DNA of 64,000 nt from Malacoraja senta (Eukaryota): NCBI GenBank assembly GCA_038087875.1, contig JAXLNO010005853.1, forward strand, positions 124,001 to 188,000, written 5' to 3'. Made by a program: the position numbers and the translations under genes. How positions within the stretch are numbered: the stretch's first letter is position 1; each line of letters opens with the position of its first letter. A model generated the notes under the pieces. That model was not told where the DNA came from. It saw nothing but the letters and a program-made list of their open reading frames with translations, and searched no databases. Positions 23,044 to 35,265 of the stretch are shown piece after piece.

Positions 23044-24353
23044 GTTTCAGCTTGGCTTCTCCCTGTAGCAGGCAGTTCCCACTGGATCAGGTAATTCTCG
23101 AGTCTCTGCCTTGAATTCCTGGGCCAGGCTGACATGATGATTGCTGAGATAATATTCAAGGCTCTCCATGGCCTGATACAGAATCCGATATGTGATTATT
23201 TTAAAGAAATTGCATGGAAACAAACCCTTCAGCTCACCGAGTCCATGCTAACTATCGAACATCCATTCACACAAGTTCTATGTTATTCCGCTTTTACATC
23301 CACTCCAATACACACTTGGGGCAATTTACAGAGGACAATTTTATTTAAATTTTAAATTTTTTTAATTTATTAGAAGCAAATGTACAAGAGTAGAACAAAC
23401 GGCATATATAATTATAGTTAATGTACAGCTTCAATTTTAACTTTTTAGCTTTAAAATAAAGGAAACGAAAAGAGAAAGAACAAGAGGGAGAAAAAGTGAG
23501 AGGTGTAAAGATGGGACCCCTAGACTACCAAAGTAGTGTGGCCAAAGTGGATAAAAGAAAGAAAGAAAAAAAAGAATCAGGCCATAATTAAGGAAACATC
23601 TTTGAAATAATGTTAGCTCAGAACAGGCTTCTGAAGTACCAAGAGTGATCAGTTCAGTGGCGGGGTCCAATTTTATTTTAAGTGTTTTAGAACAAATTTC
23701 AAAAATTCCAAAATTCCTCTCCAGAAATGATGTAACTTTATACAAGAGGCAAAGGAATGGGTTATAGTTGCTTCCTGAAGGAGACATTTATCACAAATAG
23801 GAGAAACATTTGGGAAGATCTTATTCAGTTTAGACTTTGAATAATAGAGTCTGTGCAGTATTTTAAATTGTATTAACGAATGCCTAACGTTAAGAGAACA
23901 ATTGTGTATATATAGAAGGCTTTCCTCCCATCTGTCTTTTAAAATTGTTAGGCAAAGTTCATCTTCCCAAGCTCTTCTAATTACTTCTGATGATGTGGTT
24001 TGTATATTTAAAAGGGTATTATAAAGGTATGATATTAACTTGTTTGAATCCGAGTTTCTATTCATACATTCGTCTAGTGTGTCTGGAACCATATATTGAT
24101 AGTCTTGGGTATATGATTTCAGATAGTCTCGTATTTGAAGATATCTAAAGTATTGGCTACTTTTCAGATGATATTTTGACTGTCATTCTTGAAATGAGAG
24201 AAGAGTTCCCATCTCATAAAGATCTCCACATTTTAAATTCCTAATCTTTCCCAGTGTGTGAACGTCTTCTCTAAGATAGACGGCTTGAACGAGGGGTTGT
24301 TAGCAATTGGTGAGAGAAGAGATAAATATCTCAGTTTATGGGTTGACTTCACT

Positions 24354-25328
24354 CTACGGAGGGTATCAGAAGAGACTGGGAACAAGAGTTAGCTATTAAA
24401 ATTTCAAACGAAAGTTGGAATGAATACTTATTAAACGTGCATAAATGCTCGATTAATGTAAGACACACTTTAATACAATTTAAAATTTTACATAGATTAT
24501 ATTATTCGAAAACTAAAATTCATAAAATTTTCCCAAATGTAATCATCTATTTGTGATAAATGTCAATCCCAAGAAGCTACCATAACGCACTCATTTGTTT
24601 CTTGTACAAAAATTCAAAAATTTTGGAATTAAATTTTTGAAATCTTTACAAAGTTATTTAAAACAAGACTGATACCCAAAGCAGAATGGATTATCTTCGG
24701 TATAACGGAAGATGGTCCAGAACTAAATGTGTTTCAAAAGAAACTAATGGACTATGGGTTAATAACTGGAAAAAAGCTAATTCTAAAATTTTGGAAGAAG
24801 GCTCCAATACCAACTATAAATATGTGGATTTCAAATATGTTTGAAACATTACACCTAGAAGAGATAAGACTCCTCCAAGCAGGTAAACCAGATCACTTCC
24901 ACCTGACGTGGTCTGCATTTATAGAATTATTACAAACATAGGGTGCAAAAGTACTTTAAAAAAAATTGAGGTCAGGTAAGGGGGGATGATAGTTGAAGAG
25001 TTGGTATGTCCCATTTACGTAATGCTCATAAAAATATTTGTTTCTCTCTTTTTCCTCTTTCTCTCTTTCTTTCTTTCCTAGGGTCTATTTCTTAACTCTT
25101 TTTCTTTTGTTTTTAATTTTGCTCTTATAGGGTCTTCGACCTTTTTTGTTGTCACATTTTCTACACTTTCACTTTTTCCTTCACTTTCTTCTTTCTTTCA
25201 ATCTTTTACTTTTCTAGTGTAAAAAATAAATGGAGTACATTAATTGTAAGAAGATATAAATGACAAGTACTAATGTATGTGGTTGTAATGTAATGTACGT
25301 CTAATAAAATACAAATTAAAAAAAAATA
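24354..25328 (+). mobile_element. Second L1-family 3' fragment inserted antisense into the host L1 (right arm only)
   Basis: QFKILHRLYYSKTK, GKKLILKFWK; pyrimidine-rich 3' UTR; AATAAA + A tail; flanked by a ~170-bp direct duplication. Confidence 0.88.
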
Positions 25329-26246
25329 ATTCTTGAAATGAGAGAAGAGTTCCCATCTCATAAAGATCTCCCAATTTTTTAATTCCTAATCTTTCCCAGT
25401 GTGTGAACGTCTTGTCTAAGATAGACGGCTTGAACGAGGGGTTGTTGGCAATTGGTGAGAGAAGAGATAAATTTCTCAGTTTATGGGTTGACTTCACTTG
25501 TTTCCAGATTCGTAGAGTACTATGGATAATCAGATTTTTCTCATATAGTGTTTTCTTCAAATTTATTGGAGAGAGAAGAATCGTGCCTATATTTAAAGGC
25601 AAACAATCTTCTCTCTCCATTATTAACCATTTTACCTGTTGGCATGTGTTGTCCATCCAATAGATTACGTTTTTGATATTCGTTGCCCAGTAATAGTACA
25701 AAAAATTGGGGAGAGCCAATCCGCCAATTTCTTTAGGTTTACATAGATGTCGTTTATGGATTCTGTGTGTTTTATAATCCCAAATAAAGTTTGTGATCAG
25801 AGAAACGAGTTAAAAAAAAAAAATTTAGGGAGATAAATAAGTACAGGATTTGTGGAAGGAAGATCATCTTTATGGCATTTATTCAGCCTATGAGAGACAT
25901 CGGAAGCATTTTCCAAAATTGAATAAGGGCATTTAGTTTGGTAGTTAATGGAGGAAAGTTTGCTTGAAATAGAGAAGTGTATTTTCTAGTTACGTGAACA
26001 TATTTAAATTTTTCCGTAGCAATTCTAAAAGGGAATTTTAGAAGGTGTGTCGGATCTTGAGGCTTTATTGACATAATTTCACTTTTGTTCCAGTTTATTC
26101 TATATCCTGAAAAGGAACCAAATTCTTCTATAAGGTTTAGTATGTTTGGAATGCTAACTTGTGAATTGGTGATATATAGTAATACATCATCTGCATATAA
26201 TGATATTTTATTATTAGAATATTAAGTATTATATCCGTGAATATTC

Positions 26247-26886
26247 ATAGTAACATAGAAACATAGAAAATAGGTGCAGGAGTAGGCCATTCGGCCCTTC
26301 GAGCCTGCACCGCCATTCAATATGATCATGGCTGATCATCCAACTCAGTATCCTGTACCTGCCTTCTCTCCATACCCCCTGATCCCTTTAGCCACAAGGG
26401 CCACATCTAAATCCCTCTTAAATATAGCCAATGAACTGGCCTCAACTACCTTCTGTGGCAGAGAATTCTACAGATTCACCACTCTCTGTGTGAAAAATGA
26501 TTTTCTCATCTCGGTTCTAAAAGACTTCCCCCTTATCCTTAAACTGTGACCCCTTGTTCTGGACTTCCCCAACATCGGGAACAATCTTCCTGCATCTAGC
26601 CTGTCCAACCCCTTAAGAATTTTGTAAGTTTCTATAAGATCCCCCCTCAATCTTCTAAATTCTAGCGAGTACAAGCCGAGTCTATCCAGTCTATCTTCAT
26701 ATGAAAGTCCTGCCATCCCAGGAATCAGTCTGGTGAACCATCTCTGTACTCCCTCTGTGGCAAGAATGTCTTTCCTCAGATTTGGTGACCAAAACTGTAT
26801 GCAATACTCCAGGTGTGGCCTCACCAAGACCCCGTACAACTGCAGTAGAACCTCCCTGCTCTTATACTCAAATCCTTTTGCTATGA
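26247..26886 (-). mobile_element. CR1 3' fragment nested in L1 (right-arm copy)
   Basis: ORF 26468..26839; mirror of 2434-3073. Confidence 0.93.
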
Positions 26887-27531
26887 ATTCGGATGTACTC
26901 TTATACTTTCTGCTAAAGGTTCAATCGCAAGGGCAAATAACAGGGGTGATAATGCACACCCTTGTCTATTGCCCCTGGATAGCTGAAATTTAGGTGAGAG
27001 TATTTGGTTAGTCAGTATTCTGGCAGTCGGCTTGTCATATAACAACTTTATCCATGAACTTTATCCATACAGAGGACAATTTAACCTACAAACACTTGTC
27101 TTTGGGATGTGGGAGAAAATCCACATGTTCATAGGGAGAAGGTGCAAACTCTACACAGACAGAATCTGAGTTCAGGATTGAACCAGGTTATCTTGCGCTC
27201 TGAAACAGTAGCTCCACCAGATGAACCACTTTGCTGTCTTTCAAGAAGATGCTTCTCATCCCTTTCCCCTGGTGAGAGTAGAAGGAAAGAGAACAGCTCC
27301 AGATGTGGATTTGAGAATAGTGCAGGACAATGGAATATCAGCTATATTTTCATCAAAGTTGAAGCAGGTTTGACTTGTCTGACTATTAGTTTGACTCATG
27401 ACTATTTTCTCATGTTTGTAAAAGGAAAATCGGTCTGCCATTTTTAAAACCAGTAACCTGAAGAATTCTTCCCTTTTAAAAAAATCAAAATCTTATTGTT
27501 TAGTTTTCAAGACATAACAAAGTGCAAAGTT

Positions 27532-27849
27532 TGGACGACAGATGGCGCAAAGTGCAAAGTTTGGACGACAGATGTCGTTGTGTCCTTGGGCAAGACACTT
27601 CACCCACCTTTGCCTGCGTGTGAATGTGTGTGAATGTGTGTGAATGTGTGTGAGTGACTGGTGGTGGTCGGAGGGGCCGCAGGCGCAGATTAGCAGCCAC
27701 GCTTCCGTTAGTCTGCCCCAGGGCAGCTGTGGCTACAGAAGTAGCTCACCACCACCGAGAGTGACTGAGGAGTGAATGAATAATGCGATGTAAAGTGCCT
27801 TGAGTATTAGAAAGGCGCTATATAAATCCCATCCATTATTATTATTATT
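27532..27849 (+). mobile_element. 5'-truncated SINE with L2-type tail (right arm only)
   Basis: GTGTCCTTGGGCAAGACACTTCACCC...GCCCCAGGGCAGCTGTGGCTAC...TGTAAAGTGCCTTGAG...AAAGGCGCTATATAAAT and an (ATT)n tail. AAAGTT is duplicated at 27526-27531 and 27850-27855. The left arm has the empty site at ~1783-1800. Confidence 0.85.
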
Positions 27850-28079
27850 AAAGTTGTCCATTTGTTACAGACAGAGTGTACGAAAAGAATAGATAAAAAA
27901 CAACTTATGCCAACATATAACGAGACAACAATGAAAACCCCCCCAAAAAAACGAGATACCAAAAATAATCACTCCCCAGTCACTGCGAGTGAGCATATGC
28001 AAATATCAGCCTGTCACAACAATAATCCACAATAAGTGAATGGATAGACTGTTAAGCTGTTAAACTGTACATGATAATC

Positions 28080-29565
28080 AAGCATTTGCAAAACCTGGAA
28101 TGCATTTAAAAAAGGTCCCCACGCTTTCTGAAACCTTCCATTAGGTCTACATGCCATGAGTGACTGAACTGTGAGTCGACAAGCCATGAGTGACTGAACT
28201 GTGAGTCCACAAGCCGTGAGTGACTGAACTGTGATTCCGCAAGCCGTGAGTGACTGAACTGTGAGTCCGCAAGCCGTGAGTGACTGAACTGTGAGTCCGC
28301 AAGCCGTGAGTGACTGAACTGTGAGTCCGCAGGCCGTGAGTGATTGAACAGCGAGTCCGCAAGCCGTGAGTGACTGATCTGTGTGTCCGCAAGCCGTGGC
28401 TGAGTGAACTGTGAGTCCGCAAGTCGTGGCTGAGTGAACTGTGAGTCCGCAAGCCATGACCGAGTGAACTGTGAGTCCGCAAGCCGTGGCCGAGTGAACT
28501 GTGAGTCCGCAAGCCGTGGCCGAGTGAACTGTGAGTCCGCAAGCCATGGCTGAGTGACCTGTGAGTCCGCAAGCCGTGGCTGAGTGAACCGTGAGTCCGC
28601 AAGCCGTGGCTGAGTGAACTGTGAGTCCGCAAGCCGTGGCTGAGTGAACCGTGAGTCCGCAAGCACTAGACGAGTGAATTGTGAGTCCACAAGCTGTGGC
28701 TGTGTGAACTGTGAGTCCGCAAGATGTGGCTGAGTGAACTGTGAGTCCGCAAGCCGTGAGTGAGTGAACTGTGAGTCCACAAGTCTCACCACCCCTGCAC
28801 ACACACCCCCAACCCCCTCCCCTCACATATCACCCGACCCCCCCAGTGGCAGGCCACGGCAGCGGTAGGCCATGGCAGCCCTCTGGAAACCAGTCACTTT
28901 GGTCCACAACACCCATACTAGTCCTCCAGAAAGCTCCCCCCACTGGCCTCTGCCTGAAGCCGACCCCCTCCCCCGGCTGCAGGATATTCCCCCTCCCCCA
29001 TCGGCCCCCAACAACACCATCTGAAGCCGTGCCCTCCCCAGGCTGCAGGATGCTCCCCGACTGGCCCCCGATGGCCCCCGCCTGAAGACGACGCCCTCCC
29101 CCAGCTGCAGAACGCAACAAGAGATGCAACAAGAAAGAATGGACTGAATAAATCTCCTCTCTAACATTTAAATTGTTGTTATATTTTAAGAGTTATTCAC
29201 ATTTTAAGCTTTAATAAATCCCTTTTCCACTTGCCGTGCCCATGAGCTGCACCTGCACAGTAATACCTGCATTATCTACGTCACAATGGGAACCCAATGG
29301 GAGGGAATGGTTGCGCCACCGGAGAGCCGCTAAGAGTGGATGGGGAGGGGGTGGTTTGAGGGGGGATGGAGTGAGTGCATGGGGGAGTGGGAAGGGCAAG
29401 GGGCGGAATGGGGAGGGTGAGGGGAGGAGGGGGTCAGCTGAGTCTGCGCAGTTGGGGGCTATGCGTGAGTGGTGGAATATTGGAATTGGTGGAGAGGTGG
29501 AATATTGCGTTGGGGGACCAGTCTCCCGTGTGAGAATGGGACCTAAAGGGTCCCAGTTAGTCTAG
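28080..29565 (+). mobile_element. Helitron-like element A, right-arm copy, including the 30-bp array at ~28150-28785
   Basis: Hairpin TGGGACC/GGTCCCA, then GTTAGT, then CTAG|T at 29562-29566. Confidence 0.7.
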
Positions 29566-29579
29566 TAAGGTCATAGATT

Positions 29580-30060
29580 CCTAAGGGAAAGGAGCTGAAT
29601 TAGGCAATTTGGCCCATCAAATCTACTCCCACATTCAATCATGGCGGATCTATCTCTCCCTGCTCACCCCATTCTCATGCCTTCTCCCCATAACCTCTGA
29701 CACCTGTACTAATCAAGAATTTATCTATCTTGGCCTTAAAAATATCCATTGACAGCCTCCGCAGCCTTCTGTGGCAAAGAATTCCACAGATTCACCACCC
29801 TCTGACTCTAAAAATTCCTCCTCATCTCCTTCCTAAAGGAATGTCCTTTAGTTCTGAAGCTATGATCTCTAGTCCTGGACTCTCTCACTATTGGAAACAT
29901 CCTCCCCACATCCATTCTGTCCAAGCCTTTCATTATTCTGTTTGTTTCAATGATGGTACCCGCCTCATTCTTCTAAACTCCAGCGAGTACAGGCCCAATG
30001 CGTCAAATGCTCATTATATGTTAACCTACTAATTCCTGGGATCATTCTTGTAAACCTATC
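29580..30060 (-). mobile_element. Old CR1 3' fragment
   Basis: GAATTCCACAGATTCACCACCCTCTG and CATTCAATCATGGC signatures. Confidence 0.8.
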
Positions 30061-30337
30061 ATGTGTTAAGCAAAAAAGCAGTCAGCAAAAAAGACTATAC
30101 ATGATCAAGCCGTTCACAGTGTACAAATGCAGGAGAAAGGGAATAACCTTTACTGCAAGGTAAATTCCAGTAAAGTCCAATAAAATATAGTTATATAGTT
30201 CTAGAGTCTCTAATGAGGTTGATGGTAGGTCAAGACTGCTCCCTTGTTAGCGATATTTCTACACACAGTGTACATGGTTTCCTGATGGTCAGTACAGGCT
30301 CAGTGGGCCGAAGGGCCTGTTTCTACCGGATATTACC

Positions 30338-32303
30338 TAGCTTTGTTACAAAACCTGTAATCAGCGGAACTACAAATCTGCCAATCCCGGTGCGTGCAAT
30401 TTCGGAATATTTGGGGCGCGGGGTGGGGTGGTGGGGGGGGCGGGATTAAAATGCAGGTTTGTATTGGTTGTCGGAGAGGGATTTCCTCGGGCTGCTAGCT
30501 GAAGAAGAAAAATCGTTCGCCCTTCCGTTCGCGGGTTAATTAAAAAATTGCTGCACCATTGCGTCGCTGTATTAAACTTAAACGCGACTAAAAAAGCCTT
30601 CACCGTCTTCAACATCACGGATCGCAAGTGCAGGACAAAACAAAAGGTATGTCGTAAATTTAACATACTATTTTGGTTTTTGGTGTGACTTTATTTTTAT
30701 CTTATGAGGCGGAAAATGTTATTTAGGCCCCCATACGAATCGGCCATGTCTTGCCTGCCGATATTGGCTTAACATTTACAGCAACGGCAACATGATCAAT
30801 ATTTTCACACTAAATATCCACAACAGGTTTAGTCAGATGTATTGTGCAAAAAATATTATTTTATCTTGAGAGTGGATGTTTCTCAATTAATTTACAGGAA
30901 TTAAACATTAAATTCCTTCCATTTGCATATAAATTCAGGACAAAGTGAGATTTAAAAATCATGTTATATTGTGAACGTGTGTGAATGGGATCAGTTTGTT
31001 ATTTGTTATTTGGATACTTAGGCTATTTGAAAAAATTAGCCTTTTCTTAAGAAATGGATAGATGTTTAGATCAAGTAATTGAATTTAGATGAATGTAATT
31101 GATTAGATGAATTAATTGTTTGAATTTTTTGTTGGGTATTTACTATTTGTTTTAGCGTTAACGTTATCATTTCTTCCTTTTTTTCTAAAAATGGAAATTA
31201 TAACTTGTTTCTTTCTTTCTTTTAAAATCTTTTTATTAATTTTTTTCAAAAACAAAAACAAAACAAAAAAAAGAATGATAAACATAACAGTGATATTATC
31301 CATAGGGATCAGGGTTACATAATAACAAGTATAACCTGAGTATGAGCAATGTCAAAATACACATTGAGTATAGACCTCAAAGTAAAGAGAAAAACAAAAC
31401 TCCCTAAACTAACATAAGCAAAACAAAATCTGGGCTGCAAAGAATTTCAACAATTTAAGTCCCTGTTTGTCGCCAAGTCCGTTCCACCGTATAAAGGTAA
31501 AAGAATTATTATAACGGTTGGAGAGGGAACAATTTATATTGTGTGAGAATGTTCAATAACGCTCCCCCAAGTCTATCAAATTTAACCAAGGGTTCAACAA
31601 TGTCACTCTTAATTTTTTCTAAATTTAAACATGATATCGTTTCAGAATACCAATGAAGTGTGGTAGGAGGATTAGAGTCTTTCCATTTAAATAAAATAGA
31701 TCTTCTGGCAATTAATGTAGTAAAAGCAATCAGCCGATGGGCGGAATGGGACAGATAAGTAGAATCTAACATTGGTAGCCCAAAAATGGCAGGAATTGTA
31801 ATTTATTTACCTATCGGTTATGGACTTACAGCATATAATACAATAATATTAAAGTTCTGATCTTGAGAATATCACATTTTTGAATTTTCAAGGCAGTCTG
31901 GGTGATTATTACTATTTCCGTCACAACGGTCAATTTTGTAATTAGCTATAATTAGGTAACTAACTAATTATATGCTTTCATTTCAGGTCATCGAAGTAAG
32001 ATGTTTCATATTTGTTTCAGAATGCTTCAATCTATAATAACTGAAATTTTCATTCAGTTCTCTTAATGTTTAGGAAAGTTATGGGCTTTTGACTGTCCTC
32101 GATCACAGCTTTTGTGTTTAGTCAATGGAAAAGCAATAGGGAACAAGATGCTAATATCCCAGTATGAAAATTACCATAACGTTTTTTATACTGAAGATAT
32201 GAAAGTGGATTAGATATCAAATTAAAGTTCTTTTTATGCTTTATCTTATGGGATAAAATTACAGGCTTGATTTTTTAAATCTCAAAATGTTGTAACATTC
32301 CTA
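30338..32303. mobile_element. Probable non-autonomous DNA transposon with imperfect TIRs, interrupted by an L1 fragment
   Basis: Starts TAGCTTTGTTACAAAA; the reverse complement of the end reads TAGGAATGTTACAACA. AT-rich body, no transposase ORF. Confidence 0.45.
31210..31830 (-). mobile_element. L1/Tx1 3' fragment
   Basis: ORF 31509..31772 IAFTTLIARRSILFKWKDSNPPT...LNLEKIK; T-rich tail on the plus strand. Confidence 0.8.
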
Positions 32304-32329
32304 CATTACCACAAAGATCATTGATAACA

Positions 32330-32720
32330 GTGAGTCATCGACTCACGTGTGTAGGAAGGAAGTGGAGATCGCTACCGGGGAGAAGGTTGCGAGCTCCACA
32401 CCGACAGCTCAGGAGGCCGGGACCTGACCCTGGGGTCCCCGGGCCTGACAGGCAACTGCGGCGTCGGCTACACTCGCGGTGCTTCGGCCCGTTCCCGGCG
32501 ACCTGCCCCGCTGACCGCCTCACCGGCCGTCGGCCATCCCCTTCGGAAACCCACCGGCTCTCTCCTGTCCTCCCTCCTTCCCGCCGAGGGTGACCGCTCC
32601 TCACCGCCACTCGGCCCATCGCTCTCCTCCGCGCCCCACATTGCCAACGGTCACGGGTACAAAATGGCGCTGGTGTCTTCTCGCCAGAACCTTCCCCGCG
32701 CCGGAGAGGGTGAGGATTAT
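32330..32720. promoter_or_regulatory. CpG-island promoter candidate (YY1-type AAAATGGCG at 32661-32669, ETS GGAAGT, E-box CACGTG)
   Basis: An isolated GC/CpG-rich island in AT-rich surroundings; donor-like AGG|GTGAGG at 32709/32710. Confidence 0.6.
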
Positions 32721-32839
32721 GGAGAGGAGATGGGTGGTATTATGATTGGAATAGACAGGTGGTATTATGATGGGAGTGTACGGGTTTGGTGGGTTCGTGA
32801 GAGGAGGAGAGCTTCCGTGAGCGAAAGGGAGAGGTTAAG

Positions 32840-33225
32840 TTTATTCCTTGGAGCGCAGGAGAATGAGGGATGATCTTATAGAGGTGTACAAAATCATGAG
32901 AGGAATAGATCGGATAGACACACTAGAGTCTCTTGCCCAGAGTAGGGGAGTCGAGGACCAGAGGACACACGTTTTAAGGTGAAGGTGAAAAGATTTAATA
33001 GGAATCTGAGGGGTAAATTTTTCGCACAAAGTATGGACGAGCTGCCAGAGGAGGTAGTTGAGGCAGGGACTGTCCTAACGTTTAATAAACATTTAGATAG
33101 TCACATGGATAGGGCAGGTTTGGGTCCAAACGCAGGCAGGTGGAACTAGTGCAGCTGGGACATGTTGGCCGATGTGTGGGCAAGTTGGCCGGAGGGCCTG
33201 TTTCCACGCTGTATCACTCTATGAC
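32840..33225 (+). mobile_element. CR1 3' fragment
   Basis: GATCTTATAGAGGTGTACAAAATCATGAG...CTGTATCACTCTATGAC. Confidence 0.85.
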
Positions 33226-33239
33226 GTTCTCAGAGAGGA

Positions 33240-33530
33240 TTTGTGAGGGGACCCCGGGGACGAGATGGGAGGGTTTATGGGGGGAGGTGATGAGTGGATT
33301 TGGGAGGGGGTGGGGATGGGTGAGTTGTGAGGGGAGGGGATGGGAGGGTTTGTGAGGAGAGTGGCGGGGGTGGGATGTGTTTGTGAGGGGAGGGGACGGG
33401 ATGGATTTGTGAGGGGAGGGGATGGGTGAGTTTGTGAGGGGAGGGGACGGGGAGGGTTTGAGTAGAGAAGACTGGATGGTGAGTTTGTGAGAGGGGGGAG
33501 GGGGGGAGGTTTGTGAAGGGAGTGCGGGTG
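33240..33530. repeat. G-rich degenerate tandem repeat (TTTGTGAGGGGAGGGGA..)
   Basis: Recurring TTTGTGAG(G/A)GG motif. Confidence 0.75.
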
Positions 33531-34319
33531 ATCGGTGGGGATGGAGAGATGTGGTGCACCGTGGTTGCTGCTCCAGCTGTGGGTGGGTGGTGGAGGCCTA
33601 GAGGGAAGGGAGAGATCCTGAGGGAGAACGAGTGCTCCTGATGGAGGAAACAGAACCTGAGGAAGATGGAGAGGTCTTGCGTAAGAGATCCTGAGGGAGA
33701 GGGGGAGTTCCTGAGAGATAAGGAGAGATCCAGAGGGATAGGGAGAAATCCGGAGGAAACATAGCCTGCTGGCCTGACCGTGTGGTGTGATGGAAGCTGA
33801 GTGTCCTTGGAAGTTTTTAGACGTGAGTGAATCCACCCACCGCCTCCCCTTCCACTTCGTGGACTAAGTGCAGGTAAGTAGGGTCAGTACTGGAGGGCAT
33901 TGGAGGGTCAGAATGGATGTAATGGGCCGAGTGCCTGTTCCTGTGCTCTGTGTGATCCATGTCTATGAATTATTCAACAATTTCTGTTGGCAGCTTGATA
34001 TTTGTACAATCTTTCTCCACTCCAGTCTAAACCCTTTCCTGAATTTCTCCCTACAGAGAACCAACCAGAATCAGTGGCTGAACCTTGCACCTCTGCTCAC
34101 AGTGCTCCCTTTTTTAATGTCCCCACCCTGGTCTTCTCCCTTCCTCAACTTTACTGCCATTTGATTTACAGTCTACTGTGTTGCTCTTGTTATTTGTCAA
34201 GGAGTCATTTTATTTTCCTGTCATGGTACGAAAGGGCTGCCTTTTTATCTGATTCTCTTGGTGAATCGTATTCTATAATATCATCCTGTAAAAGTCGGCA
34301 AAAGCTGGGGTGGGAATGG

Positions 34320-35265
34320 CAATAGACAATAGACAATAGGTGCAGGAGTAGGCCATTTGGCCCTTCGAGCCAGCACCGCCATCAATGTGATCATGGCTGA
34401 TCATCCCCAAACAGTAGCCCGTTTCCTGCCTTCTCCCCATATCCCTGACTCCGCTATTTTTAAGAGCCCTATCTAGCTCTCTCTTGAAAGCATCCAGAGA
34501 ACCTGCCTCCAGAGAATTCCACAGACTCACCACTCTCTGTGAGAAAAAGTGTTTCCCCGTCTACGTTGTAAATGGCTTACTCCTTATTCTTAAGCTGTGG
34601 CCCCTGGTTCTGGACTCCCCCAACATCGGGAACATGTTTCCTGCCTCTAGCGTGTCCAAGCCCTTAACAATCTTAATGTTTCAATGAGACAGCCTGTCAT
34701 CCTTCTAAACTCCAAAGTGTACAAGCCCAGCTGCTCCATTCTCTCAGCATATGACAGTCCCGCCATCCCAGGAATTAACCTTGTATACCTACGCTGCACT
34801 CCCTCAATAGCAAGAAGTCCTTCCTCAAATTAGGGGACCAAACTGCACACAATACTCCAGGTGTGTTCTCACTAGGGCTCTGTACAACTGCAGAAGGACC
34901 TCTTTGCTCCTAAATTTGATTCCTCTTGTTATAAAAGGCCAACATGCCATTCGCTTTCTTCACTGCCTGCTGTACCTGCATGCTTACTTTCATAGACTGA
35001 TGTACAAGAACCCCAGATCCTGTTGTACTTCCCCTTTTCCCAACTTGATGCTATTTAGATAGTTATCTGCCTTCCTGTTTTTGCTACCAAAGTGGATAAC
35101 CTCACATTTATCCGCATTAAACTTCATCTGCCATGCATCTGCCCACTCCCCCAACCTGTCCAAGTCAACCTGCATTCTCATAGCATCCTCCTCACAGTTC
35201 ACACTGCCACCCAGCTTTGTGTCATCTGCAAATTTGCTAATGTTACTTTGAATCCTTCATCCTAA
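34320..35265 (-). mobile_element. CR1 RT/3' fragment
   Basis: ORF 34990..35202 KCEVIHFG; (CAATAGA)n tail on the plus strand. Confidence 0.88.

Larger units (their letters stand above)
23342..27067 (-). mobile_element. L1/Tx1-type LINE in V-SINE, right-arm copy, with nested CR1 and an extra L1
   Basis: TSD TACAGAGGACAATTT at 23327-23341 and 27068-27082; ORFs 25270..25719 and 23673..24092. Confidence 0.9.
15569..29578 (-). repeat. Right arm of giant inverted duplication
   Basis: Mirror of 1-14804; e.g. ORFs 5521..6069(-) and 22125..22673(+) encode near-identical 182-aa translations. Confidence 0.97.

Noticed and set aside
14-29565. Whole palindrome as one giant element bounded by Helitron CTAG ends
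   Set aside because: Arm homology continues past the CTAG to base 1, so the termini are passengers rather than the boundary, as far as 13 bp of flank can show.
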